64,000 nt of DNA, taken from an uncultured Gemmatimonadales bacterium (GTDB lineage Bacteria > Gemmatimonadota > Gemmatimonadetes > Gemmatimonadales > Gemmatimonadaceae). The notes beneath the pieces were generated by a model. That model saw only the letters and a list, made by a program, of their open reading frames with translations. It had not been told where the DNA came from and did not search any database. Positions 52,938 to 63,584 of this stretch are shown here, piece by piece. The stretch is from assembly GCA_963851265.1 (NCBI GenBank), contig CAWKNZ010000001.1, positions 32,001 to 96,000 on the forward strand, read 5' to 3'. Both the position numbers and the translations under genes were made by a program. Position 1 is the first letter of the stretch. The number at the start of each line of letters is the position of its first letter.

Positions 52938-54650
52938 TCAGCGTGTGGCCACCGTGCCGTGCGCGGCCTGCCCGGAATCGCCCGCGATGCCCCAGTCGGC
53001 GATTCCGGCCCACCAGGCGTCGGCGCGCATCGCGACCGGTCGCAGGTCCCGTCGCACGGCGGCGATGCTGCGCGGCTCGTATAGCCACACCGCGGGCGCG
53101 TCGTCGATGATCGTGGCGTAGGCGCGCCGAACGAGTGCCGTGCGGCGCTCCGGCTGGAACTCGGCGGAGGCGCTGTCGAGGAGCGCGTCGAAGGTCGCGT
53201 TCGTCCAGCGCCCGGAGTTGGCGCCGCCGTCCGCGCCGCGCGGCGTGCCCCAGTCGTGGCGCAGCGTGGTCGGATTCGGGTCGGTTCGCCACGAATTGAG
53301 CGCGACGTCGAAGTCGCCCGCGTGCAGGCGCTCGATGAAGCTTCCCGGGTCGACCGCGTCGATGTTCACGCGCACGCCGATCTGGGCCAGCTGGGCCTGC
53401 AGCAGCACCGCGAGACGCATGCGCGGCACGCTACTCGTGGGAACGAGGAGTGCGAGGTCGAGCGGCCGGCCGGCGCGCGCGCGCCGGCCCGACGTCGGGT
53501 CGAGCCGCCAGCCCAGGGCGTCGAAGCCGCGCGCCGCGGCGGCCGGATCGTAGGCGATCTGGCGGAGCGTCGTATCCGCCGTGGGTTGCGCGCGCGTGAA
53601 CGGTCCGAGGGCGACGCGGGCGCTGGGGCCGAGCGCGTTGCGCACCACCGCCGCGCGGTCGATCGCCTGGGTGAGCGCGACGCGTGCGGCGCGGTCGGCG
53701 AACGGCGCACCGATGCCGGCCCCGCGCGCGCCGGTGCGCGCCCGCTCGTTGAAGACGAGGAAGGCGTAATCCAGGCTGCCGTATTCGACGGTGCGCAGCC
53801 GGGGCGAGCGCGCCGCGCGGTCGATGGCCTCGCCGCGGACGGCTTCGAGCACGTCCGCCTGCCCCGACAGGACGCTGGCGAGCGCCGCGTTGGGGTCGCC
53901 GGTGACCGTCCAGACGACGCGGTCGAATCGCGGACGGCCGCGGTAGTTGGTCGTATCGGCGTTGAGGGTCAGCTGACGGTGGTGGTCCCAGGCGGCGAAC
54001 CGGTAGCGTCCGGAGCCGATCGGATGCGCGGCGAACGCGGACGTCGCGACGGCCGAACGCGGTACGCTGCCGAGCAGGTGCTCGGGCATCACGGCCAGGT
54101 TGTAAGCGACCTGGAAGAACTGCTCGGGGGAGCGGCGGTGCCACCACACGACGGCGGTGAGCGAGTCGCGCACGGCGACCGAGTCCATGCCCGCGAAATC
54201 GGAGGCGTGGACCGAAGCGCCCGTCGTGTCGGTGAACAGGGCGAACGAGAAGCGTACGTCGCGCGCGCGTACCGGCCGGCCGTCGTGCCAGCGTGCGCGC
54301 GGGTCCAGCTCGAAGGCGATCGAGAGCGAATCGGGGGCCCACGTCCAGCGCCGTGCGAGCTGCGGGCGGTAGCCGCCGTCGCCGTTGGTGGGGACCGAGT
54401 CGTCGGCGGTCGCGAGATGGTCGAAGACGAGGTCGACCGCCTGCTTGCCCTGGGTCGTGGCGACGAGCGGCGGGATCAGCTGGTCGGCGTCGGCCGGCGT
54501 CGCGATCACGAGGGCCTGGGCTCCGCGTCCCGACGGGGGGGTGCCGCGTCCGCAGGCCGCGACGGTGAGGGCCGCGAGCGCGGCGAGCGGGAGCGCGTGC
54601 GGGCTGGGGGCGTGCGGGCGGGGGGCGTGCGGGCGCGGCGACGGCGGCAT
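52938..54650 (-). CDS. Peptide/nickel ABC transporter substrate-binding lipoprotein (family 5)
   Basis: Lipobox VAAC, 'PQLARRW', 'RWHDGRPV.ARDVRFSF', 'PIGSGRYRF', 'ALTQAIDR'. Confidence 0.88.
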   Translation of the reverse strand: MPPSPRPHAPRPHAPSPHALPLAALAALTVAACGRGTPPSGRGAQALVIATPADADQLIPPLVATTQGKQAVDLVFDHLATADDSVPTNGDGGYRPQLARRWTWAPDSLSIAFELDPRARWHDGRPVRARDVRFSFALFTDTTGASVHASDFAGMDSVAVRDSLTAVVWWHRRSPEQFFQVAYNLAVMPEHLLGSVPRSAVATSAFAAHPIGSGRYRFAAWDHHRQLTLNADTTNYRGRPRFDRVVWTVTGDPNAALASVLSGQADVLEAVRGEAIDRAARSPRLRTVEYGSLDYAFLVFNERARTGARGAGIGAPFADRAARVALTQAIDRAAVVRNALGPSARVALGPFTRAQPTADTTLRQIAYDPAAAARGFDALGWRLDPTSGRRARAGRPLDLALLVPTSSVPRMRLAVLLQAQLAQIGVRVNIDAVDPGSFIERLHAGDFDVALNSWRTDPNPTTLRHDWGTPRGADGGANSGRWTNATFDALLDSASAEFQPERRTALVRRAYATIIDDAPAVWLYEPRSIAAVRRDLRPVAMRADAWWAGIADWGIAGDSGQAAHGTVATR

Positions 54651-54757
54651 GCGGCCGGGGAGTGTGGGGCGGCAGGATGGCGGGCGGGCCGCTCCTGCGG
54701 AGGGGGCGGCGCGGATCGGATGCGATCTGCACCGGGCGTCACCCCCTCAGACGCCCA

Positions 54758-56131
54758 TCACACGCCCGCGGGCACGCCCTGCGGCACGCCGGCCGGCACG
54801 CGCGCGTCGTCGGCGGCCGCGTCGGCCGCGGTCGGGTAGGTGCGCTCGACGTACTCCTCCAGGATACCGAGGAACTCCTCGACGATCCGGTCCCCCTTGA
54901 GCGTCGTCATCAGCCGCCCGTCCACGTAGACCGGCGCCTTGGGCTCCTCGAACGTTCCCGGCAGCGAGATCCCGATGTTCGCGTGCTTGCTCTCGCCCGG
55001 CCCGTTCACCACGCACCCCATCACGGCCACCTTCATGTCGACCACGCCCGGGTGCGAGCGCTTCCACACCGGCATCTGCTCGCGCAGGTACGTCTGGATG
55101 TCCTCGGCCATGTGCTGGAAGAACGTGCTCGTCGTGCGCCCGCACCCCGGGCAGGCCGTGACCTGCGGCGCGAAGCTGCGCATGCCTAACGACTGCAGCA
55201 CCTGCTGCGCGACGTAGACCTCCTCGGTGCGGTCGCCGCCGGGCTTGGGCGTGAGCGAGACGCGGATCGTGTCGCCGATGCCGTCGGCCAGCAGGATCGA
55301 CAGGCCGGCCGTCGAGGCGACGACCCCCTTGCTCCCCATCCCCGCCTCGGTGAGGCCGAGGTGCAGCGGGTAGTCGCAGCGCCGGCCGAGCCGGCGGTAC
55401 ACCTCGACGAGGTCGGGCACCACCGAGACTTTGGCCGAGATGATGATCCGGTCGTGCCCGAGCCCGACCTCCTCGGCCAGCGCGGCGGAGCGGAGCGCGC
55501 TCTCGAGCATCGCCTCCATGTAAACCTCCTTCGCGCCTAACGGGGCGGCGCTCGCGGCGTTGGCGTTCATCATCGCCGTGAGGAGGTCCTGGTCGAGCGA
55601 GCCCCAGTTGACGCCTATGCGCACGGGCTTGCCGTGGTCGATCGCGACGCGCACGATCTGCGCGAAGTTCTCGTCGCGCCGCTTGTTGCCGACGTTGCCC
55701 GGGTTGATGCGGTACTTGTCGAGCGCGGCGGCCGCGGCCGGGTACTTCGTCAGCAGCAGGTGCCCGTTGTAGTGGAAGTCGCCGACGAGCGGCACGTCCA
55801 GCCCGAGGTCGTCGAGCCGCGCGCGGATCTCGGGGACGGCGGCGGCGGCCTCCTCGTTGTTCACCGTCACGCGCACGATCTGCGAGCCGGCCCCGAACAG
55901 CGCGGCCACCTGCGCGACCGTGCCCGCGGCGTCGGCGGTGTCGGTGTTGGTCATCGACTGTACGACCACCGGGTGCGCCGACCCGACGGCGACGTTGCGG
56001 ACCCAGCTCGTCACCGTCGCGCGGCGGCGGGCGAAGGGGGACGGCTCGGCGGCGGTCGGACCCGCGGCGGGCGGGACGGCACTGCTCGCCTGCGTGGCGA
56101 GGTCGGCGACGGGAAGCGGCGAGGACGGCAT
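54758..56131 (-). CDS. ispG: 4-hydroxy-3-methylbut-2-enyl diphosphate synthase
   Basis: 'VQSMTNT', 'RINPGN', 'RIGVNWGSL', 'HLGLTEAG', 'CPGCGR', '[10 protein letters not shown]'. Confidence 0.95.
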   Translation of the reverse strand: MPSSPLPVADLATQASSAVPPAAGPTAAEPSPFARRRATVTSWVRNVAVGSAHPVVVQSMTNTDTADAAGTVAQVAALFGAGSQIVRVTVNNEEAAAAVPEIRARLDDLGLDVPLVGDFHYNGHLLLTKYPAAAAALDKYRINPGNVGNKRRDENFAQIVRVAIDHGKPVRIGVNWGSLDQDLLTAMMNANAASAAPLGAKEVYMEAMLESALRSAALAEEVGLGHDRIIISAKVSVVPDLVEVYRRLGRRCDYPLHLGLTEAGMGSKGVVASTAGLSILLADGIGDTIRVSLTPKPGGDRTEEVYVAQQVLQSLGMRSFAPQVTACPGCGRTTSTFFQHMAEDIQTYLREQMPVWKRSHPGVVDMKVAVMGCVVNGPGESKHANIGISLPGTFEEPKAPVYVDGRLMTTLKGDRIVEEFLGILEEYVERTYPTAADAAADDARVPAGVPQGVPAGV

Positions 56132-56340
56132 GGGCTGGGAAGCTAGCAATCGAGGTGGTCACCGATGCTACCCCGCAGGCGCCGCCGCGGCGCGCGGTAC
56201 CGGGCGGCGGGAGCCCGTCGGCACGCATCGCGCGTGGTCGGGGCACGACCCCGCAGCGGGGTTCTCGTCTCGGTGCCTCGAACCGAGCGGCGCCTCGAAC
56301 CGAGCGGACGGCTCGGATCCATCCTCACTCCCGACACCTC

Positions 56341-56901
56341 GTGCCCAACGTTTCCGTGTCCGCCCATCGCCTCGCGGCCCTCGCCGCGTCCGCCGTCGTC
56401 GGCCTCGTGCTGCACGCCGCGCCCGCCCGCGCCCAGATCCCGGGCGTGCCCGGCATCAACCCGTTCAGCTTCGGCGTCGAGGCCGGGCCGGCGTTCCCGG
56501 TCGGACAGTTCGGCGACGTCGCCAAGACCGGCTTCACGGCGGACGCCCTGGTCGAGGCGCGGCTTCCGATTCTTCCAGTCGGGCTCCGGTTCGAGGGGGG
56601 GTACATGCAGTTCGGCGGCAAGCTGGGGCTCGGCAACCTGCACGCGATCTCGGGTTCGGCCGACGTCGTGCTCCGGACGAGCCCCGTCGCGCTGACCCTC
56701 GTACGTCCGTACCTGCTCGGAGGCCTCACCGTGGCCAACGTCAACCAGGGCGGCGGGACCAAGGTCGGCGTCAACGTCGGTGCTGGCCTGTCGGTGCCGC
56801 TCGCCGTGGTCACGGCGTTCGGCGACGTGCGCTACACCCACGTGGCCACGGCCGGAACGGGGCTCAGCGTGGTGCCGGTGCGCGTGGGGCTGCGGTTCTG
56901 A
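56341..56901 (+). CDS. Small outer-membrane beta-barrel protein
   Basis: Signal peptide ending ARA-Q, alternating beta-strand pattern, 'RPYLLGG', C-terminal 'VGLRF'. Confidence 0.75.
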   Translation: MPNVSVSAHRLAALAASAVVGLVLHAAPARAQIPGVPGINPFSFGVEAGPAFPVGQFGDVAKTGFTADALVEARLPILPVGLRFEGGYMQFGGKLGLGNLHAISGSADVVLRTSPVALTLVRPYLLGGLTVANVNQGGGTKVGVNVGAGLSVPLAVVTAFGDVRYTHVATAGTGLSVVPVRVGLRF

Positions 56902-57117
56902 GCGGGTTCTGATCGGGATTCGAACAAGGCGCGTGTAAAGCCGGCGTGCCCCCGCAAGGCGTGACTATTGTGTCAACTCCCCGGCGTTCGTATGTTGGCC
57001 CCGTTCCGGCGGACGCGCCGGACGGTCCACCGTGGGGGGCGCAGGTCCCGCGGACGTTTGTCGGGGTACGGGGTTCCGCTCCCTGGACAACACAACATCT
57101 CAGAGGAGTAGGATCGC

Positions 57118-57333
57118 ATGCGTACGACCGGCAAGGTGAAGTGGTTCAACGACGCCAAGGGCTTTGGGTTCATCACGCCCGACAACGGTACGAAGGACTG
57201 CTTCGTCCACTACAGCGCCATCCAGGGTCAGGGCTTCAAGACGCTGGCCGAGGGTGACCCGGTGGAGTTCGAGATCGTGCAGGGCCAGAAGGGGCCGGCG
57301 GCCGAGAACGTTTCGCGCGTCGGCGCCCGCTAA
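57118..57333 (+). CDS. csp: Cold-shock protein
   Basis: '[15 protein letters not shown]', 'FVHYSAI', '[10 protein letters not shown]'; GAGGAG RBS. Confidence 0.95.
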   Translation: MRTTGKVKWFNDAKGFGFITPDNGTKDCFVHYSAIQGQGFKTLAEGDPVEFEIVQGQKGPAAENVSRVGAR

Positions 57334-57385
57334 GCAGCTGTCGGGCGGCCCCCTGACGGCCGCTCGCGGCGGGTTCGGTACGAGG

Positions 57386-57420
57386 ACGGCGGGGGGCTGG
57401 ATCTTCCAGCCCCCCGCCGT
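57386..57420. terminator. Hairpin downstream of csp
   Basis: 16-bp stem acggcggggggctgga/tccagccccccgccgt. Confidence 0.6.
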
Positions 57421-57435
57421 GCGTTCGCCCACTTC

Positions 57436-58923
57436 ATGACCCTCGATCTGCAACACGCCGCGCCGCATGGTCGCCCGCTCGGCGACCTTCCGGTGGTCGT
57501 CGTCGGCGCGGGCGTCGCGGGGCTCACCTGCGCGCGCGCCCTGCACCGCGCGGGCCGCCGCGTACTCGTGCTCGAGCGCGAGCACGGGGCCGGCGGGCGC
57601 GCGCGCTCGCGTGCGGTCGACGGCTACACGATCGACCGCGGCTTCCAGGTGCTCTTCACCGCCTACCCGGTGTTAGGCGCGGCGCTCGGCTTCGTCTCGC
57701 CCGCGGGCGACGAGCGCGCGCCCGCGGCGCACCCGGACGACGCCGGGCTCGCGCTGCGCCGCTTCTCGCCCGCCGCGCGCGTCGTCACCGAGGGCAGCGC
57801 GTCGTACGTGGGCGACGCGCTGCGCGCGCCGCTCCGCGCGCCGCTCGACAGTCTGCGCATGCTCACGGGGACGGCGATCGCCCGCGCGCTCCCGCTCGCC
57901 GACAAGCTGCGCGTGCTCGCGCTCAAGCGGCTCGCGCTCTCGCTCTCGGTCGAGGAGTGCTTCGCCGAGCGCTACGACGCGACGACGGCGCGCGAGTTCC
58001 TCGCCGCGCGCGGCTTCACCCCGCACGCGATCGCGCGCTTCTTCGCGCCGTTCTACGGCGGCATCCTGCTCGACCCCGCGCTCGGCACGAGCGCGTCGGT
58101 GCTGCTCTTCACGTTCAAGATGCTCGCCGAGGGCGACGCGGTCCTGCCCGCGGCGGGTATCGGCGCGATCGCCCGGCGCCTCGCGGCGGAACTCCCGGCC
58201 GGCGCGCTGCGCACCGGCGTGACCGTGGCCTCGGTGCACGCCGAGGGCGGCCGCGCCTGCGGCGTGGTCACGGCCGACGGCGAACACCTCGACGCGGCTG
58301 CGGTGGTGCTCGCCGCCGAGTCGCCCGCCGCGGCCCGCCTCGCCGCGACCGCCGGCGTCACGCTCGACGTGCCACACGGCGCGCTCGGCTCCACCACGCT
58401 CTACTTCGCCGCGCGCGAGGCCCCGCTCCCCGGTCGCGCCATCTGGCTCAACGCCGCGGGGCACGAGCGCACGCACGAGCAGGGCAGCCAGGGCGTGGCC
58501 GCGCGCGGCAACGATCCGTGGCCCGCGGTGAGTCACGCGGTCACGCTCACCGAGGTCGCGCCCGAGTACGCCGCGGCCGACGCGGCGCACGGCCGCCACC
58601 TGCTCGCGGCCAGCGCGGTGGGTGCGGCCGCGGCGCTCGACGACGACGTGCTCGCCGCGCGCATGCTCGCCGAACTCGCGGGGATGCGCCACGCGGCCGG
58701 GCTGGGGCCTGTCCCGGCGCTCGCGCGCGTCGCGGTCGAGCGCGTGCCCTACGCGCAGTTTCCGCAGCCCCCCGGCACGCGCGCGCGGCGCACGCCCGCC
58801 GCCACCGTGCTGCCCGGACTGTGGCGCGCGAGCGAGACGGCGCACTCGAGCTCGTTCGAGGGCGCGGCGCGGGGCGGGACGATCGCCGCGGAGGCGGTGC
58901 TCGCCGCGGCCGCGATCGCCTAA
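57436..58923 (+). CDS. FAD-dependent oxidoreductase (amine oxidase/phytoene desaturase-like)
   Basis: 'VVGAGVAGL', 'GGRARS', 'DRGFQVLFTAYP', 'SSFEGA..GG'. Confidence 0.85.
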   Translation: MTLDLQHAAPHGRPLGDLPVVVVGAGVAGLTCARALHRAGRRVLVLEREHGAGGRARSRAVDGYTIDRGFQVLFTAYPVLGAALGFVSPAGDERAPAAHPDDAGLALRRFSPAARVVTEGSASYVGDALRAPLRAPLDSLRMLTGTAIARALPLADKLRVLALKRLALSLSVEECFAERYDATTAREFLAARGFTPHAIARFFAPFYGGILLDPALGTSASVLLFTFKMLAEGDAVLPAAGIGAIARRLAAELPAGALRTGVTVASVHAEGGRACGVVTADGEHLDAAAVVLAAESPAAARLAATAGVTLDVPHGALGSTTLYFAAREAPLPGRAIWLNAAGHERTHEQGSQGVAARGNDPWPAVSHAVTLTEVAPEYAAADAAHGRHLLAASAVGAAAALDDDVLAARMLAELAGMRHAAGLGPVPALARVAVERVPYAQFPQPPGTRARRTPAATVLPGLWRASETAHSSSFEGAARGGTIAAEAVLAAAAIA

Positions 58924-58956
58924 CGCCTCAGCCGGCGCGCCCCGCCGGAGCGCTAC

Positions 58957-59568
58957 CTAAGCAGCGTCGCCCGGGGGGCGCGCGACGCACAGCCCGCTCG
59001 TCAGCAGCGTCCACACGACGTCGTACGCCGCGTCGACGTCCGGGTCGGCCCACGCGCGCGCGTGCGCCGGATGGTGGAACCGGGCGGTGGCGAACAGCAC
59101 GGCCCGCGCGGTCGCCACCGGGTCGACCGGTCGGATCGTGCCCTCCTCCACGCCGGCGCGGACGACCGCCGCCGCCAACCCCACCAACTCGTCGAGGTGG
59201 GACCCGGCCACGGACTCGGCTTCGGTGGCCAGCGTTCGGTACGCGGCGAACAGCTCGGGGTCCTCGGTCGCGCGGCGGCGCTTGGCGGCGACGAGCGCGT
59301 CGAACAGCTGCCGCAACCGCTCGGGCGCCGGCCCGCCGCCGCGCGCGATGTCCCGCAGCGGAGGCATGATCGCCTCCACCCACCGGCCGACGACGAGGTC
59401 CCGCAATTCGGCCTTGCTCGCCACGTGCCGGTAGACGGCCGCATGACTCACGCCCAGCGCGCGGGCCACGTCGACGACGGTCGCCTTGGCCGGACCGAAG
59501 CGGCGAATCACGTCCTCGGCCGTGGCCAGCACCCGCTCGCGGGTGAGTGGGGCGTCAGCTGGTGCCAC
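58957..59568 (-). CDS. TetR family transcriptional regulator
   Basis: HTH 'ATVVDVARALGVSHAAVYRHVASK'. Confidence 0.9.
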   Translation of the reverse strand: MAPADAPLTRERVLATAEDVIRRFGPAKATVVDVARALGVSHAAVYRHVASKAELRDLVVGRWVEAIMPPLRDIARGGGPAPERLRQLFDALVAAKRRRATEDPELFAAYRTLATEAESVAGSHLDELVGLAAAVVRAGVEEGTIRPVDPVATARAVLFATARFHHPAHARAWADPDVDAAYDVVWTLLTSGLCVARPPGDAA

Positions 59569-59649
59569 GAGGATCCGGGCGCACGCCGGGCTCCGCTGCC
59601 GCGTCCGCTGCCACGCCGACGGGGGTGGGGCCCGGCGCGTTGGCCGGCA

Positions 59650-60549
59650 TCAGTGCGCCGCGGCCGGGGTGCTGGCCGCGATCCCGTCCAACTCGGCCAC
59701 GGCGTCGGGCGGCAGCGTCAACTGCGCGGCCGCGAGGTTCTCGCGGAGGTGCGCGACCGACGAGGTGCCGGGGATGAGCAGGATGTTAGGCGAGCGCTGC
59801 AGCAGCCACGCCAGCGCGACCTGCAACGGGGTGGCCCCCAGCCGGGCCGCGACGTCCGACAGCGTGGACGACTGGAGCGGCGTGAAGCCGCCGAGGGGAA
59901 AGAAGGGCACGTAGGCGATGCCCTGCCGTTCGAGGTCGTCGACGAGGGCGTCGTCCTCGCGGTGGGCCAGGTTGTATTCGTTCTGCACGCACACGACGTT
60001 CGTGATCGCCTGCGCCTCGGCCACCTGGGCCGCCGTGACGTTGCTCAGCCCGACGTGCCGGATCAACCCCTGACGCTGCAGGTCGGCCAGGACCGCCACG
60101 CGCTCGGCGATCGACCCCTCGCCGGGCCCATGGCCGGCTCCCATCCCCATCGCGCGGAAGTTGACGACGTCGATCGCGTCGATGCCGAGGTTGCGCAGGT
60201 TGTCGTGCACGGCCGCGGTGAGCTCCGCGGGCGACTGGGCCGGTTGCCACGACTGGTCGGCCGGCCGGCGTGCCCCGACCTTGGTCACGATCACCAGGTC
60301 CGCCGGGTACGGGTGCAGCGCCTGGCGGATGATCTGGTTCGTGACGTGCGGGCCGTAGAAGTCGGAGGTGTCGATGTGGTCGACGCCTGCCGCGACGGCC
60401 TCGCGGAGGACGGCGACGGCGGCGTCCGGATCTCTGGGCGGCCCGTACACGCCGGGTCCGGCCAGCTGCATCGCCCCGTATCCGAGCCGGTGGACCGTGC
60501 GGGAGGTGCCGGGAAAGGTGAACGAACCGCCGAGCATGGACGCACTCAT
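59650..60549 (-). CDS. Aldo/keto reductase (YdbC-like)
   Basis: 'LGYGAMQL', 'IDTSDFYG', 'VTKVG', 'GLSN', 'IPGTSSVAHLREN'. Confidence 0.9.
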   Translation of the reverse strand: MSASMLGGSFTFPGTSRTVHRLGYGAMQLAGPGVYGPPRDPDAAVAVLREAVAAGVDHIDTSDFYGPHVTNQIIRQALHPYPADLVIVTKVGARRPADQSWQPAQSPAELTAAVHDNLRNLGIDAIDVVNFRAMGMGAGHGPGEGSIAERVAVLADLQRQGLIRHVGLSNVTAAQVAEAQAITNVVCVQNEYNLAHREDDALVDDLERQGIAYVPFFPLGGFTPLQSSTLSDVAARLGATPLQVALAWLLQRSPNILLIPGTSSVAHLRENLAAAQLTLPPDAVAELDGIAASTPAAAH

Positions 60550-60617
60550 GGGTGCTGCTCCTCTTCAGGGATGGCCTACGCGAACCCGCGATGACGCGAG
60601 CAAGTGTAGCCTCCTCA

Positions 60618-60648
60618 GTTACAGAAATCTACATATGAAATCTGTAAC
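60618..60648. promoter_or_regulatory. Candidate TetR operator
   Basis: GTTACAGA-N15-TCTGTAAC in an AT-rich patch; TACACT -10 on the minus strand at 60608-60603. Confidence 0.6.
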
Positions 60649-60666
60649 GTCCGCGTCTCGACTCGT

Positions 60667-62088
60667 TCAGCGGCCGGGGAGCGGGGCGTCGCCGGTGCGC
60701 GCGGCCTCACGCCGCGCCGCGTCCAGCTGCGCCCGCACCGCCGCGGGCCCGGTCCCGCCGGGCAGGTCGCGGTGCGCCACGCTCGCCTCGGGCGCGAGCG
60801 CGGGACCCGCGCCGGCGAGCGCCGGGTGCGCGGCGGCGTAGCGCGCGTTGCCCAACGCATCCAGCTCCACCCCGCCCTCCTCGGCCTCGCGCACGAGGGC
60901 GCCGACCGCGCCGTGGGCCTCGCGGAACGTCGCCCCGCGCCGCACCATGTGGTCGGCGAGGTCGGTGGCCATCATCGCCGGCGTGACCGCGGCGCGCAGC
61001 CGCGCGGTGTCGAAGGTGAGCTCGGCGACCGTCCCGGCCGTCGCGGGGAGCACGACGAGCGCGAGGTCCACGGCGTCGAACAGCGCGCGCTTGTCGTCCT
61101 GCAGGTCCTTGTTGTACCCGCTCGGCAGCCCCTTGAGCGCGCCGAGCATCGCCACCAGGTCGCCTAACGAACGGGCCGCCGCGCCGCGCGCGAGCTCCAG
61201 CGCGTCGGGGTTCCGCTTCTGCGGCATCATGCTCGACCCCGTCGAGAACCCGTCGCCGAAGCGCACGAACCCGAACTCGCTCGAGCCGAAGAGGATGAGG
61301 TCCTCGGCGAGCCGCGACAGGTGCGCCCCCATGAGCGCGAGCGCGAACAGCACCTCGGCCACGAAGTCGCGGTCGCCCACGGCGTCGATGCTGTTCTCGC
61401 TCACCGCCTCGAAGCCGAGCGCGCGGCGCAGCGACTCGCGCGGGACCGGGAAGGCCGAGCCCGCGATGGCGCCGGAGCCTAACGGCATCGTCGACGCGCC
61501 GCGGGCGGCCCCGGCCAGCCGCCGGCGGTCGCGCGCGAGCGGCCACACGTGCGCCAGCAGCCAGTGCGCCGCCGAGACGGGCTGCGCGCGCTGCAGGTGC
61601 GTGTAGGCGGGCATGAGCGCGTCCTGCAGCCCCTCGGCGCGCCCGACGAGCACCGCCTGCAGCTCGCGCGCGGCCGCGTCCACCCGGCGGCAGGCGTCCA
61701 TCGCCCAGAGCCGGGTCGCGGTCGCCACCTGGTCGTTGCGGCTGCGCCCCGTGTGCAGCTTGCCCGCCGCGGGTGCGCCGTCCAACACCTCGTGGAGCAG
61801 CCGGTCGATGAACGTGTGCACGTCCTCGTCGGCCGCGGTCGTCGGCTCGCCGGCCGCGATCCGCTCGCCGACCCGGTCGAGTCCCGCGACGATCTGGTCG
61901 CGCTCCGCCGGGGTGAGCACGCCGCCCTCGGCCAGCGCGGCGGCCCACGCCTGCGACAGGCGGATGTCGTGCGGCCAGAGGCGGAGGTCGACGCCGATGC
62001 TGCGGTTGATCGCGTCGAGGAGGGGGGAGGGGCCGCCGGCAAAGCGGCCACCCCAGAGCTTGTGGCCGGGGGACGGGACGGAAGTCAT
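60667..62088 (-). CDS. argH: Argininosuccinate lyase
   Basis: 'KLWGGRF', 'LHTGRSRNDQ', 'YTHLQRAQP', 'GSSMMPQKRNPD', 'YNKDLQ'. Confidence 0.95.
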   Translation of the reverse strand: MTSVPSPGHKLWGGRFAGGPSPLLDAINRSIGVDLRLWPHDIRLSQAWAAALAEGGVLTPAERDQIVAGLDRVGERIAAGEPTTAADEDVHTFIDRLLHEVLDGAPAAGKLHTGRSRNDQVATATRLWAMDACRRVDAAARELQAVLVGRAEGLQDALMPAYTHLQRAQPVSAAHWLLAHVWPLARDRRRLAGAARGASTMPLGSGAIAGSAFPVPRESLRRALGFEAVSENSIDAVGDRDFVAEVLFALALMGAHLSRLAEDLILFGSSEFGFVRFGDGFSTGSSMMPQKRNPDALELARGAAARSLGDLVAMLGALKGLPSGYNKDLQDDKRALFDAVDLALVVLPATAGTVAELTFDTARLRAAVTPAMMATDLADHMVRRGATFREAHGAVGALVREAEEGGVELDALGNARYAAAHPALAGAGPALAPEASVAHRDLPGGTGPAAVRAQLDAARREAARTGDAPLPGR

Positions 62089-62170
62089 GCCGAAAGATGC
62101 GTCGCCCGCGCGCGGCGCGGTCGCGCGCCGCGCGCGGAACGACAGACGTGGGGCCGTCGTTCCGCCGCGC

Positions 62171-63544
62171 TCAGTCTCCCGCCAGCGCCGGCTCGCTCTG
62201 CTCCGCTTCGACGGTCGGGAACTTCGCATCGCCCGACGCGATCGGCGCGTCGGTGGACGCCTCGTTGGCGGGTACGGCGGCGAGCCGCGCGGGGGTCGCC
62301 GTCACCGCGCCCGACTGCTCCAGGTCCTTGAGCGCGCGCACCCGCTGCGACAGCCCGTACAGGCGGATGAAGCCGGCCGCATCGGACTGCTGGTAGACGT
62401 CGTCCTCGCCGAAGGTGACGAAGCGCTCGTCGTAGAGGGCGTGCGGGCTCTCGCGGCCCACCACGGCGGCCGAGCCCTTGAAGAGGCGCATCGTGACCGT
62501 GCCCGACACGCGCTCCTGCGTCACGTTCACGAACGCGTCGTAGGCCTCACGCTCGGTGGTCCACCAGCGGCCCTCGTAGACGAGGTCCGCGTAGCGCGGC
62601 GCGATCACGTCCTTGGCGGCGAGGGTGCGCCGGTCGAGGACGAGCTGCTCGAGCTCCGAGTGCGCGGCATACAGGATGGTGCCGCCCGGCGTCTCGTAGA
62701 CGCCGCGCGACTTCATTCCGATGAGGCGGTCCTCGACGAGGTCGATGCGGCCGACGCCGTGGCGGGAGCCCAACGAGTTGAGCCGCTCGAGGAGGGCGAC
62801 CGGGCCGAGCCGCTCGCCGTCGACGGCCACCGGGGTGCCCTGCTCGAAGGTGATCGTGACCTGCTCGGGCGCGTCGGGCGCGGCGGTGACGGGGTCGGCC
62901 GTGAGCTGGAACATGTCCTCGGCCGGCGCGACGGCCGGGTTCTCGAGCTGCCCGCCCTCGTGCGACAGGTGCCAGATGTTGGAGTCGCGCGAGTAGATCT
63001 TGGTCAGCGTCGCGGTCACGGGCACGCCCTTCTCGGCCGCGTAGCGCAGCGCGTCCTCGCGCGAGCGGATGTCCCACTCGCGCCACGGCGCGATCACGGG
63101 CAGCTCGGGGGCGAACGCCATGTAGGTCAGCTCGAAGCGGACTTGGTCGTTGCCCTTGCCGGTGCAGCCGTGCGCGAGCGCGTCGGCGCCGACCTGGCGC
63201 GCGACCTCGACCTGACGGCGCGCGATGAGCGGGCGCGCCATCGAGGTGCCGAGCAGGTACTTGCGGTCGTAGATGGCGCCGGCGCGGAGCGTCGGGAAGA
63301 TGAAGTCGCGGACGAACTCCTCGCGCAGGTCCTCGATGTAGCAGGCCTCGGCGCCCGACGCGATGGCCTTCTGCCGCACGCCGTCCAGCTCGTCGCCCTG
63401 CCCGATGTCGGCCGCCACGCAGATGACCTTCGCGCCCGGGTAGTGTTCCTTGAGCCACGGGACGATGATCGAGGTGTCGAGCCCGCCCGAGTAGGCGAGT
63501 GCGATGGTGCGGACGGCGGGGGTTAGCGGCGACGAGCGGGACAT
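62171..63544 (-). CDS. argG: Argininosuccinate synthase
   Basis: '[10 protein letters not shown]', '[13 protein letters not shown]', '[12 protein letters not shown]'. Confidence 0.96.
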   Translation of the reverse strand: MSRSSPLTPAVRTIALAYSGGLDTSIIVPWLKEHYPGAKVICVAADIGQGDELDGVRQKAIASGAEACYIEDLREEFVRDFIFPTLRAGAIYDRKYLLGTSMARPLIARRQVEVARQVGADALAHGCTGKGNDQVRFELTYMAFAPELPVIAPWREWDIRSREDALRYAAEKGVPVTATLTKIYSRDSNIWHLSHEGGQLENPAVAPAEDMFQLTADPVTAAPDAPEQVTITFEQGTPVAVDGERLGPVALLERLNSLGSRHGVGRIDLVEDRLIGMKSRGVYETPGGTILYAAHSELEQLVLDRRTLAAKDVIAPRYADLVYEGRWWTTEREAYDAFVNVTQERVSGTVTMRLFKGSAAVVGRESPHALYDERFVTFGEDDVYQQSDAAGFIRLYGLSQRVRALKDLEQSGAVTATPARLAAVPANEASTDAPIASGDAKFPTVEAEQSEPALAGD

Positions 63545-63557
63545 GGGCGACTCCGGT

Positions 63558-63584
63558 TAGATATGCAGATTATCTGCATATCTA
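63558..63584. promoter_or_regulatory. Perfect 27-bp palindrome upstream of argG (operator candidate)
   Basis: TAGATATGCAGAT-T-ATCTGCATATCTA; TTGACA on the minus strand at 63606-63601. Confidence 0.7.
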
